Virus record (IMG/VR): IMGVR_UViG_3300032330_000731
Coordinates: 1-60,008 of that record
From: a virus
Lineage: Duplodnaviria; Caudoviricetes
Direction: 5' to 3' (one strand)
DNA: 60,008 nucleotides
This document shows, piece by piece, positions 1 through 7,367 of the stretch (position 1 is the stretch's first letter; each line of letters begins with the position of its first letter). The position numbers and the translations under genes were made by a program. The notes below the pieces were generated by a model. The model saw nothing but the letters and a program-made list of their open reading frames with translations, searched no databases and was not told the origin of the DNA.

Positions 1-123
1 CAAAACTTAGGAGTTAAAAATGAATGCAGCAAGACTTGACATTACACAGTCTTATCAGTTGATGGTCCTCGTTAAGGATGAGTTTGTAAGCTCCAACCTT
101 AACGATGGTGAATTTGCGGAGTA
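1..123. repeat. terminal direct repeat (assembly circularisation overlap), copy 1
   Basis: 1..123 is identical to 59886..60008 (caaaacttaggag...gcggagta). Confidence 0.97.
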
Positions 124-295
124 CGCCACAGATAAACTCAAGTTTCCTGTAAACAACGACCATGTAAAGACTCGGCGCAACGCACTGGGGATTGAACCAA
201 AGTCCCCAAAGAAAATTCTTGACCGCAATGCTATTTTTGAATTGATTCAAGAGCTTGAAGAGCGAGTTGCAAGGCTTGAGAGGATTTGCAAATGA
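20..295 (+). CDS. hypothetical protein
   Basis: SD AGGAG before ATG; ATGA overlap with next gene. Confidence 0.8.
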   Translation: MNAARLDITQSYQLMVLVKDEFVSSNLNDGEFAEYATDKLKFPVNNDHVKTRRNALGIEPKSPKKILDRNAIFELIQELEERVARLERICK

Positions 296-513
296 GTGAC
301 GAAATGGACCCACTAAATACTCAAGTTGGCGGCGATCATTACAGCAAGCTAAAGATTCAGCCAATGGAATACAGCATGGCAAATAAACTAGACCCTTGCC
401 AGCATACTATTATTAAGTATGTAACAAGGTTTAGGGATAAAGGCGGGACCAATGATCTTTTAAAAGCAAGGCATGTGATTGATATGCTGATTGCTTTTGA
501 GGAAGGAGTTTAA
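292..513 (+). CDS. DUF3310 family protein (SaV-like / T7 gp1.7-like)
   Basis: QVGGDHY...IQP.EY...IIKYVTR..DKGG..DL.KARH motif. Confidence 0.85.
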   Translation: MSDEMDPLNTQVGGDHYSKLKIQPMEYSMANKLDPCQHTIIKYVTRFRDKGGTNDLLKARHVIDMLIAFEEGV

Positions 514-515
514 AC

Positions 516-890
516 ATGAATCAAGAGGTTGCTGAACACCAAGCAATTGGTGCCATAAAATACTATAACTGGCATGAAATCAACAGTCTTGCAGTCAAAG
601 CAGCGAGTATGCATGCAGTCTGTGTCGGCAATGGCTTGGAATACGTCACACCTGAAGATAATGAGATTTGGCGGTGCATACAAGATAGTATGCGGAACAT
701 CTACGGCGACAAATCCAGTAAGTTCTACGATGTGATGAGTGGTTTGGTGAGCGGTGGCATGTTCTTTTTTGTCAGCCCTGATGAGGCGCGGCGGTTCTAT
801 CAGGTGTTTGAACTGCCGTTAGTAGATTCCAGTGCAGTCTATGCTTGTCTCTACAATTCCGACGGAACTTGCGCAACGGAGAACACATGA
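516..890 (+). CDS. hypothetical protein (apparent inserted cassette)
   Basis: SD GGAG; flanked by a 27-bp near-direct repeat. Confidence 0.75.
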   Translation: MNQEVAEHQAIGAIKYYNWHEINSLAVKAASMHAVCVGNGLEYVTPEDNEIWRCIQDSMRNIYGDKSSKFYDVMSGLVSGGMFFFVSPDEARRFYQVFELPLVDSSAVYACLYNSDGTCATENT

Positions 891-1012
891 ACCAAGAGGT
901 TGCTAAACACCCAGTAAATTGGTGGCTGGTTATTTTGCAGATCGTTATTATCTTTTTATCTGCGCTTGTTATTTTTACTGGGCTAAATATTGAAATGCCC
1001 TGCCTGCGGTAA
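887..1012 (+). CDS. small membrane peptide (41 aa, MNQEVAKHPVNWWLVILQIVIIFLSALVIFTGLNIEMPCLR)
   Basis: hand translation; ATGA coupling to the upstream gene; one TM segment. Confidence 0.55.
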   Translation: MNQEVAKHPVNWWLVILQIVIIFLSALVIFTGLNIEMPCLR

Positions 1013-1238
1013 TGCTGCGTCTGTTTTAGCCACCAGACAGCGCGGTGATTTTGTAACTTACAGGAGATATAAATGCTTCAATCAACATCGGTTCTCAACG
1101 CTGGAGCAACCGACAACAGCCCAACCGTCCGCAGATACCCAAGAACATTGGACGAAGCGTTCCCTAAAACAGCGTCTTACGGAAATGCAATCACGCATTA
1201 CAAAAGATCGTCAAACAGGTGGATCGTCAGGGTCGTAA
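990..1238 (+). CDS. zinc-ribbon protein (NrdR N-terminal-like)
   Basis: MKCPACG...TR....RRYKC...HRFSTLE. Confidence 0.65.
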   Translation: MKCPACGNAASVLATRQRGDFVTYRRYKCFNQHRFSTLEQPTTAQPSADTQEHWTKRSLKQRLTEMQSRITKDRQTGGSSGS

Positions 1239-1291
1239 CGTACTTGGCTATTTACAGCTTGATTGGCCTGATGGTCTACGCATACAAATAA
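1073..1291 (+). CDS. hypothetical membrane protein overlapping the zinc-ribbon gene
   Basis: SD AGGAG upstream; RRYPRTLDEAFP segment and C-terminal TM helix. Confidence 0.6.
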   Translation: MLQSTSVLNAGATDNSPTVRRYPRTLDEAFPKTASYGNAITHYKRSSNRWIVRVVTYLAIYSLIGLMVYAYK

Positions 1292-1294
1292 AAT

Positions 1295-1501
1295 ATGAAC
1301 GATATTGTTGACTACGCAATGCCAATGATGCAGATTGAAAAACTCATGCGTCAAATCCACGATCTTTGCTTAAAGAGCAACTACAAAGAGGCGGGCGAGA
1401 TTTGTTTGCTTGTAGCCGCCGAAGCTCGTCTTTTAAATGCGTCACTTGCAATCATGGAAAACAAGCAAGCCGCAATCAACAGCACTTACCCAAAAGGATA
1501 A
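1295..1501 (+). CDS. hypothetical protein
   Basis: tightly packed ORF in operon. Confidence 0.75.
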   Translation: MNDIVDYAMPMMQIEKLMRQIHDLCLKSNYKEAGEICLLVAAEARLLNASLAIMENKQAAINSTYPKG

Positions 1502-1504
1502 ATC

Positions 1505-1906
1505 ATGTTTAATGTAAACAGCCCTCGCTCTTGTGACCAAGGTATTGAACAAGAAATTAAAGCTAAAGGTTTGACTGCGCCCCGCATCACTCCTGAAGCG
1601 CTTGAACAAAACATTGTCAGCGAGCATTATTTCACTGCATATGATGGCAGGCACGGTGCCATTTCTAATGGTAGCTATGTTGGTAGAGAAGTGCCAAAAG
1701 CTAACGATGATGACTTGGTATCTCTTGAGTTGTTGACGTTCTGTGTGTTGATTCTTCGTAATGGATTTACTGTTACTGGTGAATCTGCTTGTGCCAGCCC
1801 TGAAAACTTTGACGCAGAGATTGGTAGGAAGATTGCCCGCGCCAATGCAGTTAATAAAGTGTGGCCGCTCATGGGTTATGCTTTGAAAGAAAAGCTGAAC
1901 GGGTGA
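1505..1906 (+). CDS. N4 Gp49 / Sf6 Gp66 family protein
   Basis: LTAPRITP...LTFCVLILRNGFTVTGESACASPENFDAEIGRKIARANA. Confidence 0.9.
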   Translation: MFNVNSPRSCDQGIEQEIKAKGLTAPRITPEALEQNIVSEHYFTAYDGRHGAISNGSYVGREVPKANDDDLVSLELLTFCVLILRNGFTVTGESACASPENFDAEIGRKIARANAVNKVWPLMGYALKEKLNG

Positions 1907-2202
1907 AGCATGTAATCACGGCGGTGGTGTATGACAAGCGTGGTAGGCCAATTGCTACTGCGCAGAATTCATACATCAAGACGCACCCATTGATGGCTAA
2001 AGCTGCGCGTGAAGCAGGCGAGCCATACAAGCTGTATTTACATGCTGAGATTGCTGCGCTGATTAAGGTGGATTGGACAAAAGCTCATTCCATCTTTGTC
2101 TCTCGATATAACACAGCAGGCAAACCGATGCACGCAGCCCCATGCCATATCTGCAGTAAGTTTATTGCAGACGCTGGGATTAAAATTATTAGGCACACAT
2201 AA
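1903..2202 (+). CDS. cytidine/dCMP deaminase-like protein
   Basis: HAE...PCxxC zinc motif (HAEIAAL, PCHIC); GTG start overlaps the upstream stop. Confidence 0.8.
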   Translation: MKHVITAVVYDKRGRPIATAQNSYIKTHPLMAKAAREAGEPYKLYLHAEIAALIKVDWTKAHSIFVSRYNTAGKPMHAAPCHICSKFIADAGIKIIRHT

Positions 2203-2438
2203 TGAATCAATTATACAAAGAGTTTGATTTTATTGAAGCTCTGCAAGCGGCACGCGATCTTTTAGCTGACATGCCGATCCCTGATGGATATTACAGTGCT
2301 AGCATCGAAGTAATTAGCAAGCTAGATAAAGCATTGTCCCAGGGAGAGTTTGAAAAATGGTACTCAAAATACGACCCTGAAGGCAAGGGTTATAAGCAAC
2401 GTTTGTGTGATGCGTATACTGCAGGCGCAAAAGGATAA
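2202..2438 (+). CDS. hypothetical protein
   Basis: coupled ORF (TAATG). Confidence 0.7.
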   Translation: MNQLYKEFDFIEALQAARDLLADMPIPDGYYSASIEVISKLDKALSQGEFEKWYSKYDPEGKGYKQRLCDAYTAGAKG

Positions 2439-2441
2439 GCT

Positions 2442-2795
2442 ATGCGCCCTAGTCCTGTTATTGTAAGTATTTTAAATATTCTGGAAGAAGATGGTCCAAT
2501 GACCAGAGCAGAGCTTGTTCATGCGCTAGGCATGTCAAGGAATATAGTTTCTTCTGTTTTGTCAAGATTAAACCGCAAACAAAAAACAGCACCCAAACGG
2601 ATTTACATTTCTCATTATCAATTAGACAACGAGACTGGCGGTCGCAAATATCCTCGCGCCTCATACGCTGTGGGGGATAAGCCTAACGCCAAAAAGGTTA
2701 AAGCAACGCGGGCGCAGAATTCGCTTCACTATCGCAATAACCTTAAAGGTCGAGTAGCTAGTGTGTTTGATTTAGGACGCACCCGCGAACGGTAA
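2442..2795 (+). CDS. winged-helix DNA-binding protein
   Basis: IL.ILEEDGPMTRAELVHALGMSRNIVSSVLSRL wHTH pattern. Confidence 0.75.
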   Translation: MRPSPVIVSILNILEEDGPMTRAELVHALGMSRNIVSSVLSRLNRKQKTAPKRIYISHYQLDNETGGRKYPRASYAVGDKPNAKKVKATRAQNSLHYRNNLKGRVASVFDLGRTRER

Positions 2796-2873
2796 CGCAG
2801 CTTGTTATTTACTGCGCAGTGAATATCACTGAAACAAAAAATAACATTTCTCAACCTTAATCAAGAAACTAAA

Positions 2874-3092
2874 ATGAAGCTCTGTCAAGTTATTATTGAA
2901 AACCACTCCGCAACTGAAACGCATTGGCTATCTAGCGTTAAACAAGCAAAAGCTTTTGTGAAAGACAAGGCGATTGCTGATGCAAATATTAACGCAAAGA
3001 TTGTGGAAGTAACAATTTCTCCTGGTAAAAAAGGTCTACTTGCTTGGCTTAATGCTCAGAATAATAAAACTGACGACCAAGTTCCTTTTTAA
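2874..3092 (+). CDS. hypothetical protein with SSB-like acidic C-terminus (DDQVPF)
   Basis: ORF track; C-terminal residues. Confidence 0.7.
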   Translation: MKLCQVIIENHSATETHWLSSVKQAKAFVKDKAIADANINAKIVEVTISPGKKGLLAWLNAQNNKTDDQVPF

Positions 3093-3106
3093 TAAAAGGT
3101 AATTAA

Positions 3107-3340
3107 ATGCCCAGGACAAACATTACAGACATTGCTTCGGATATTGTCAAAGACCTGGGCATTTTACGGCAGGCTTTGGCGCCTCAAATGGAAGAGGTTG
3201 AGGATGCTTGGGCTACTGTTGAAACATTTATAGCAATCTCTCTTAGGCTGATGGCTAAGACAAATCCATCAAAGATTAGAAGCATTGCAATGACTGTTGA
3301 AATTCAGTCCATCATTGAAAGCGTGGAGAGAAAGCAATGA
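3107..3340 (+). CDS. hypothetical protein
   Basis: SD AAGG; coupled to the next gene. Confidence 0.7.
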   Translation: MPRTNITDIASDIVKDLGILRQALAPQMEEVEDAWATVETFIAISLRLMAKTNPSKIRSIAMTVEIQSIIESVERKQ

Positions 3341-3597
3341 CAATTATTGAAAAGTTGACAATGATGTGGGGTCAACTTGATCCGCTTGACGAATGGCGCG
3401 GAGTCGTTGAAGATGCTATTTTAGAAATTGAAAGACTGAAAGCGGGCAAACAACCGCTTAGTGGTGAGGAATTGCGCAACCTCGCACGTTTATATAAAGG
3501 TAACACCCAACGCAGATTTCAGGAGCATTGGAGTGAAATAGTGTCCTTCGTCCGTGATGTTGAGTGCGCTCACGGGATTGTTGGAAAAAAGGAGTAG
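3337..3597 (+). CDS. hypothetical protein
   Basis: ATGA coupling. Confidence 0.7.
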   Translation: MTIIEKLTMMWGQLDPLDEWRGVVEDAILEIERLKAGKQPLSGEELRNLARLYKGNTQRRFQEHWSEIVSFVRDVECAHGIVGKKE

Positions 3598-3601
3598 AAC
3601 A

Positions 3602-3985
3602 ATGGAACTTGTTTTGATCCGAGGTCTTCCTGGCAGTGGGAAGACAACGATGGCTAAAGCGATGGGCTATGAGCATCACGAAGCAGACCAGTATTTTGAG
3701 CGTGATGGCGTTTACATGTTTGACCACGCGAAGCTGTCTAAGGCGCATGCATGGTGTCTTGACCGCACGAAAGACAGCCTGTCTCGCAAGGCCCCCTGCG
3801 TTGTGTCAAACACGTTTGTGAGGCGATGGGAGCTTGACCCTTACTTTGCTGCTGCCCAAGCTGCTGGTGTGCCTGTGCGTGTGATTGAGGCCAAAGGCAC
3901 TTGGAAGAACTGTCATGGCGTGCCGGATGATGTTCTTGAGCGGATGCGGGCGCAGTGGGAAGATGTTGTTTTAAACATTGGTTAG
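3602..3985 (+). CDS. P-loop kinase (AAA_33 / polynucleotide kinase-like)
   Basis: LIRGLPGSGKTT Walker A; EADQYF; VVSNTF; HGVP. Confidence 0.88.
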   Translation: MELVLIRGLPGSGKTTMAKAMGYEHHEADQYFERDGVYMFDHAKLSKAHAWCLDRTKDSLSRKAPCVVSNTFVRRWELDPYFAAAQAAGVPVRVIEAKGTWKNCHGVPDDVLERMRAQWEDVVLNIG

Positions 3986-3990
3986 TTCAA

Positions 3991-4179
3991 ATGAAAGAAT
4001 ACATTGCCGGGAAAGCAGTCTGGCGCTATCCCAAAGCAGGGGATGAGCTTCCACCTATAAATGCTAAGTGCCTAATCTTGACTAACGGCGGTGTTTGTAT
4101 TGTTGGGTCTTGGGGTGTTGGGTGTTTAGCATGGGCACCACTTCCAAAGCGGGATAAATTAAAGGAAAAGAACTCATGA
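3991..4179 (+). CDS. hypothetical protein (DUF551-like)
   Basis: PP...K.LILT.GG...G.W.....WAPLPKR pattern. Confidence 0.7.
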   Translation: MKEYIAGKAVWRYPKAGDELPPINAKCLILTNGGVCIVGSWGVGCLAWAPLPKRDKLKEKNS

Positions 4180-4610
4180 ACCACGACATTGAATTGCAAT
4201 TGGATAACACACTTCCACCCTTGCCGCCGCCCCAAGATTATGGCCGTGGTTTATATACTGCTGACCAGATGCGTGCGTATGCCCAGGCTGCGCTTGATGC
4301 CCTTGCTGAGACAGATCGTCCTTTATACGATGCGCCAATTTCAAAGCACGCAACACTTGCCGAATGGTGGGCAGAAAAGCAAGCCGCCAAACAATCACTT
4401 TGCCCGCATGAGCATGCGACCAACGACTGGCGCCTGCACAACAGCGGCACGCCTGCACCCCTGAAGCTGCGCGACTGGTGCACCGACCCCGACAACTGCC
4501 TTCGCTGCAAAGCGCCGCAGTGGGACCAGCAAAACCACGACCATGCCGGCATCCCGCTATCCGGCATCACCGCCACTACGGCGCCCACCACCGGGGACAA
4601 CTATTTATAA
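4176..4610 (+). CDS. hypothetical protein (mosaic)
   Basis: LPPLP...YTADQMRAYA segment; GC-richer 3' half. Confidence 0.65.
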   Translation: MNHDIELQLDNTLPPLPPPQDYGRGLYTADQMRAYAQAALDALAETDRPLYDAPISKHATLAEWWAEKQAAKQSLCPHEHATNDWRLHNSGTPAPLKLRDWCTDPDNCLRCKAPQWDQQNHDHAGIPLSGITATTAPTTGDNYL

Positions 4611-4718
4611 CTGTCCAAAAATAAATCTTGCAACTTCTAAAAGGATGATATAGTACAAAAGTTTGCGTTGAAATTTTGCAAACAGGTGAATTAACACAGT
4701 TTTCAAAAAAGGTTAGTT

Positions 4719-4937
4719 ATGAAAATTAGTGCTGCGCAAATGGTCCGTTTTATGAAACCAAGCTGCGCAGACTGCGCATATTTTCAACGAGAGGAAGCAG
4801 ATTGGGGGCTATGCAAAGCAAATGCCCCGCAGGTTCAAATGTTGACCGACGAGAATTTTGAGCCTTACTGCATGACGTTCTGGCCGCAAGTTGATCAGGA
4901 AGAACGCATATGTGGTCAATTTAAGGCGGGAAATTAA
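4719..4937 (+). CDS. small Cys-rich protein
   Basis: CADCAYF...GLC...P...WP.V......CGQF. Confidence 0.75.
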   Translation: MKISAAQMVRFMKPSCADCAYFQREEADWGLCKANAPQVQMLTDENFEPYCMTFWPQVDQEERICGQFKAGN

Positions 4938-4938
4938 A

Positions 4939-6114
4939 ATGGCCGACATAGACCAAAAGCTGTATGAGTTTTGCACCGTAAGGCAACTGGAGGTATTAGA
5001 GGCTATCCAAAAACACGGCAGTCAGCGCGCAGCAGCAAGGGCGCTTAACTGCACAAAAAATAACGTTAATCAAACATTTAAGTTAATTCAACGTAATGCG
5101 GCGCTTGCCGGTTACAGCCCAGACCATGACCTGATCCGTCCTGTTGCACCAGGGCAAAGGTTAAGTGGCGCTAGCACCCTTTATCGCAGGGGAGAACCTG
5201 AGCCGGTGCTGCAATGGGTTAAGTCCAAGACCGATGACGCGGAGCGGGAAAAAATCATCCGCGAAATCATCGCTAGCCTTATGGATGATGTTCCGCGCAC
5301 AGAGCCAGCACTGTTTAACGGGCCTACAGAATTTAGTCTATGCAATGTTTATACACTGACTGATTCACATGTCGGCGCGCTGTGTTGGCATCGCGAAGGG
5401 GGTGCTGATTGGGATTTAAAGATTGCTGAAGCTACCCTTGTTGGATGTTTTAAGAGAATGATTCAAGCATCACCAGCAGCCGATAAATGCGTAGTAGCGC
5501 AGTTGGGTGATTTTTTGCATCAGGACTCTATGCTTCCAATGACACCGGCAAGTGGTCATATCCTTGATGCGGATGGTAGATTCTCAAAGGTGGTTGCAGT
5601 TGCCGTCCGAGTGCTTCGGGCAGTCGTTGGACTAGCGTTGCAAAAACACAATAAGGTTGTAGTTTTGTTAGCGGAAGGCAACCACGATACCGCTTCATCG
5701 GTTTGGCTACGTGCGATGTTTGGCGCTTTGTATGAGCAAGAGCCAAGAGTTGAGATAATTGATTCTCCGCTGCCGTATTACGTTTATCAACACGGATTGA
5801 CTATGATTGGCTGGCATCATGGTCATCTTCGCAAGCCATCAGAACTGCCATTGTTGTTTGCTGCGCAATTTCCAACAGTGTGGGGAGCAACAACAAAACG
5901 CTACGTCCATTGCGGTCACCGGCATCATGTTGAAGAAAAAGAACACTCTGGCGTGCATGTAATCCAGCACCCAACACTGGCAGCGCGTGACGCTTACGCA
6001 GCACGAGGCGGGTGGATTGCAGACAGAACAGTAACTGCCGTGACGTACCACGATAAATTTGGTCGTTACTCCACAGCAACCGTGTGTCCTGAAATGTTGG
6101 ATGCTACTACTTAA
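4939..6114 (+). CDS. HTH plus calcineurin-like metallophosphoesterase
   Basis: DSHVG, GDFLH, GNHD, HHGH and GHRHH metallophosphoesterase motifs; N-terminal HTH. Confidence 0.85.
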   Translation: MADIDQKLYEFCTVRQLEVLEAIQKHGSQRAAARALNCTKNNVNQTFKLIQRNAALAGYSPDHDLIRPVAPGQRLSGASTLYRRGEPEPVLQWVKSKTDDAEREKIIREIIASLMDDVPRTEPALFNGPTEFSLCNVYTLTDSHVGALCWHREGGADWDLKIAEATLVGCFKRMIQASPAADKCVVAQLGDFLHQDSMLPMTPASGHILDADGRFSKVVAVAVRVLRAVVGLALQKHNKVVVLLAEGNHDTASSVWLRAMFGALYEQEPRVEIIDSPLPYYVYQHGLTMIGWHHGHLRKPSELPLLFAAQFPTVWGATTKRYVHCGHRHHVEEKEHSGVHVIQHPTLAARDAYAARGGWIADRTVTAVTYHDKFGRYSTATVCPEMLDATT

Positions 6115-6120
6115 TAAATT

Positions 6121-6348
6121 ATGATTTATATCAATTGGATTTTAGTCATCAGCGCGATCTGCGCCACGGTGGGCTTTTGGGCATTTACACTGGAGACGAT
6201 CCAAGGTCGCATCCAACGCCGCACACCTTGGAGTGATTTGAATCACTACCAAATAGAATTGGCTGTGCTGACAATACTAGGCGCCACCGTGTTTGTGGGC
6301 ACCTTGATCGTTAGAGCTATCCTAAAATTTTATCAACTAATTGGTTGA
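6121..6348 (+). CDS. two-TM membrane protein (possible holin)
   Basis: two hydrophobic helices; lies upstream of the lysozyme. Confidence 0.5.
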   Translation: MIYINWILVISAICATVGFWAFTLETIQGRIQRRTPWSDLNHYQIELAVLTILGATVFVGTLIVRAILKFYQLIG

Positions 6349-6427
6349 ATAATAACGTTATGTATAGAATATAGGGCATTTGTTAACATGTTTTGAGTAC
6401 ATGTTAAAAAACTAAGGAAATTTATAC

Positions 6428-6610
6428 ATGTCCCACGACGAAAACAAGATAAATCTCATTATTGATTTAATTGATGATTTAGAGCTTGAAAGGGACTATG
6501 ATGTATGTCCAAGCTGTGATGGCCTTGGAGAAGACGAGAACGAAAAAGAATGTAAGACTTGTGATGGTTATGGAGAAGTGTTGCGTGTTTTAAAAAAATA
6601 TAGGCCATGA
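6428..6610 (+). CDS. DnaJ-type zinc-finger small protein
   Basis: two CxxCxGxG repeats (CPSCDGLG, CKTCDGYG). Confidence 0.7.
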   Translation: MSHDENKINLIIDLIDDLELERDYDVCPSCDGLGEDENEKECKTCDGYGEVLRVLKKYRP

Positions 6611-7071
6611 AATCCTCTGACGACTGTTTAGCTTTAATCAAGTCCTGCGAGGGTTTTAGTGCAAAGCCTTATTTATGCCCTGCCGGCGTTCCCACTATTG
6701 GTTATGGTTCTACTAAATATGCAGACGGCAAGAAGGTTTCTTTAACCGATCCAAGCATAACTATTCAGCAAGCCGATGAAATTATGCGGTCCACCTTATT
6801 AGAATATGAAGCCGCAGTAAATAGATATGTAAATGTTCCGCTTACACAAGGGCAGTTTGATGCTCTTGTTGATTTTGCATATAACGCTGGAACACAAAAT
6901 CTACGCACAAGTACATTGCTGCGAATGATTAACGCAGGCGACTATGCTGGGGCTGTTAAGCAATTTGATAAATGGATATATGCTGGCGGCAAAGTTTTAT
7001 ATGGTTTAGTAAAACGTCGCAAATTAGAGGCTGATTTATTTCTTTCAAAACGTCAGCCTGAAAAATCTTGA
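6607..7071 (+). CDS. lysozyme / endolysin (GH24)
   Basis: EG.....Y.CPAGVPTIGYGST; QFDALVDFAYN.G; GLVKRR..E. Confidence 0.95.
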   Translation: MKSSDDCLALIKSCEGFSAKPYLCPAGVPTIGYGSTKYADGKKVSLTDPSITIQQADEIMRSTLLEYEAAVNRYVNVPLTQGQFDALVDFAYNAGTQNLRTSTLLRMINAGDYAGAVKQFDKWIYAGGKVLYGLVKRRKLEADLFLSKRQPEKS

Positions 7072-7367
7072 ATTACCAAAACAAAAAACTACTTGAGATT
7101 ATCAGGGAATCTCCGTGCCAAGCCTGCGGGATTAGTGATGGCACTGTTGTTGCTGCCCATTCCAATCAGTTAAGAGACGGAAAAGGAAAGGGCATTAAAG
7201 CACATGATTACAGGATTGCCGCGCTTTGCTTTAAATGCCACTTTGATTTAGATCAAGGCAATAAGATGAGCAAAGAAGAGCGGCGGGAGTTCTGGGAAGA
7301 AGCTCACCGCCGCAGCATAGGATGGTTATTTGAATCAGGCTTGATTATTGTAAAGCCTTCTTCATAG
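7068..7367 (+). CDS. DUF1364/Ref-like HNH-fold zinc nuclease
   Basis: CQACG...AAHSN...GKG.GIKA.D...A.LC..CH. Confidence 0.75.
   Translation: MNYQNKKLLEIIRESPCQACGISDGTVVAAHSNQLRDGKGKGIKAHDYRIAALCFKCHFDLDQGNKMSKEERREFWEEAHRRSIGWLFESGLIIVKPSS

Noticed and set aside
1-123. biological terminal repeat
   Set aside because: It cuts through the middle of an accessory operon, which is typical of an assembler overlap on a circular contig
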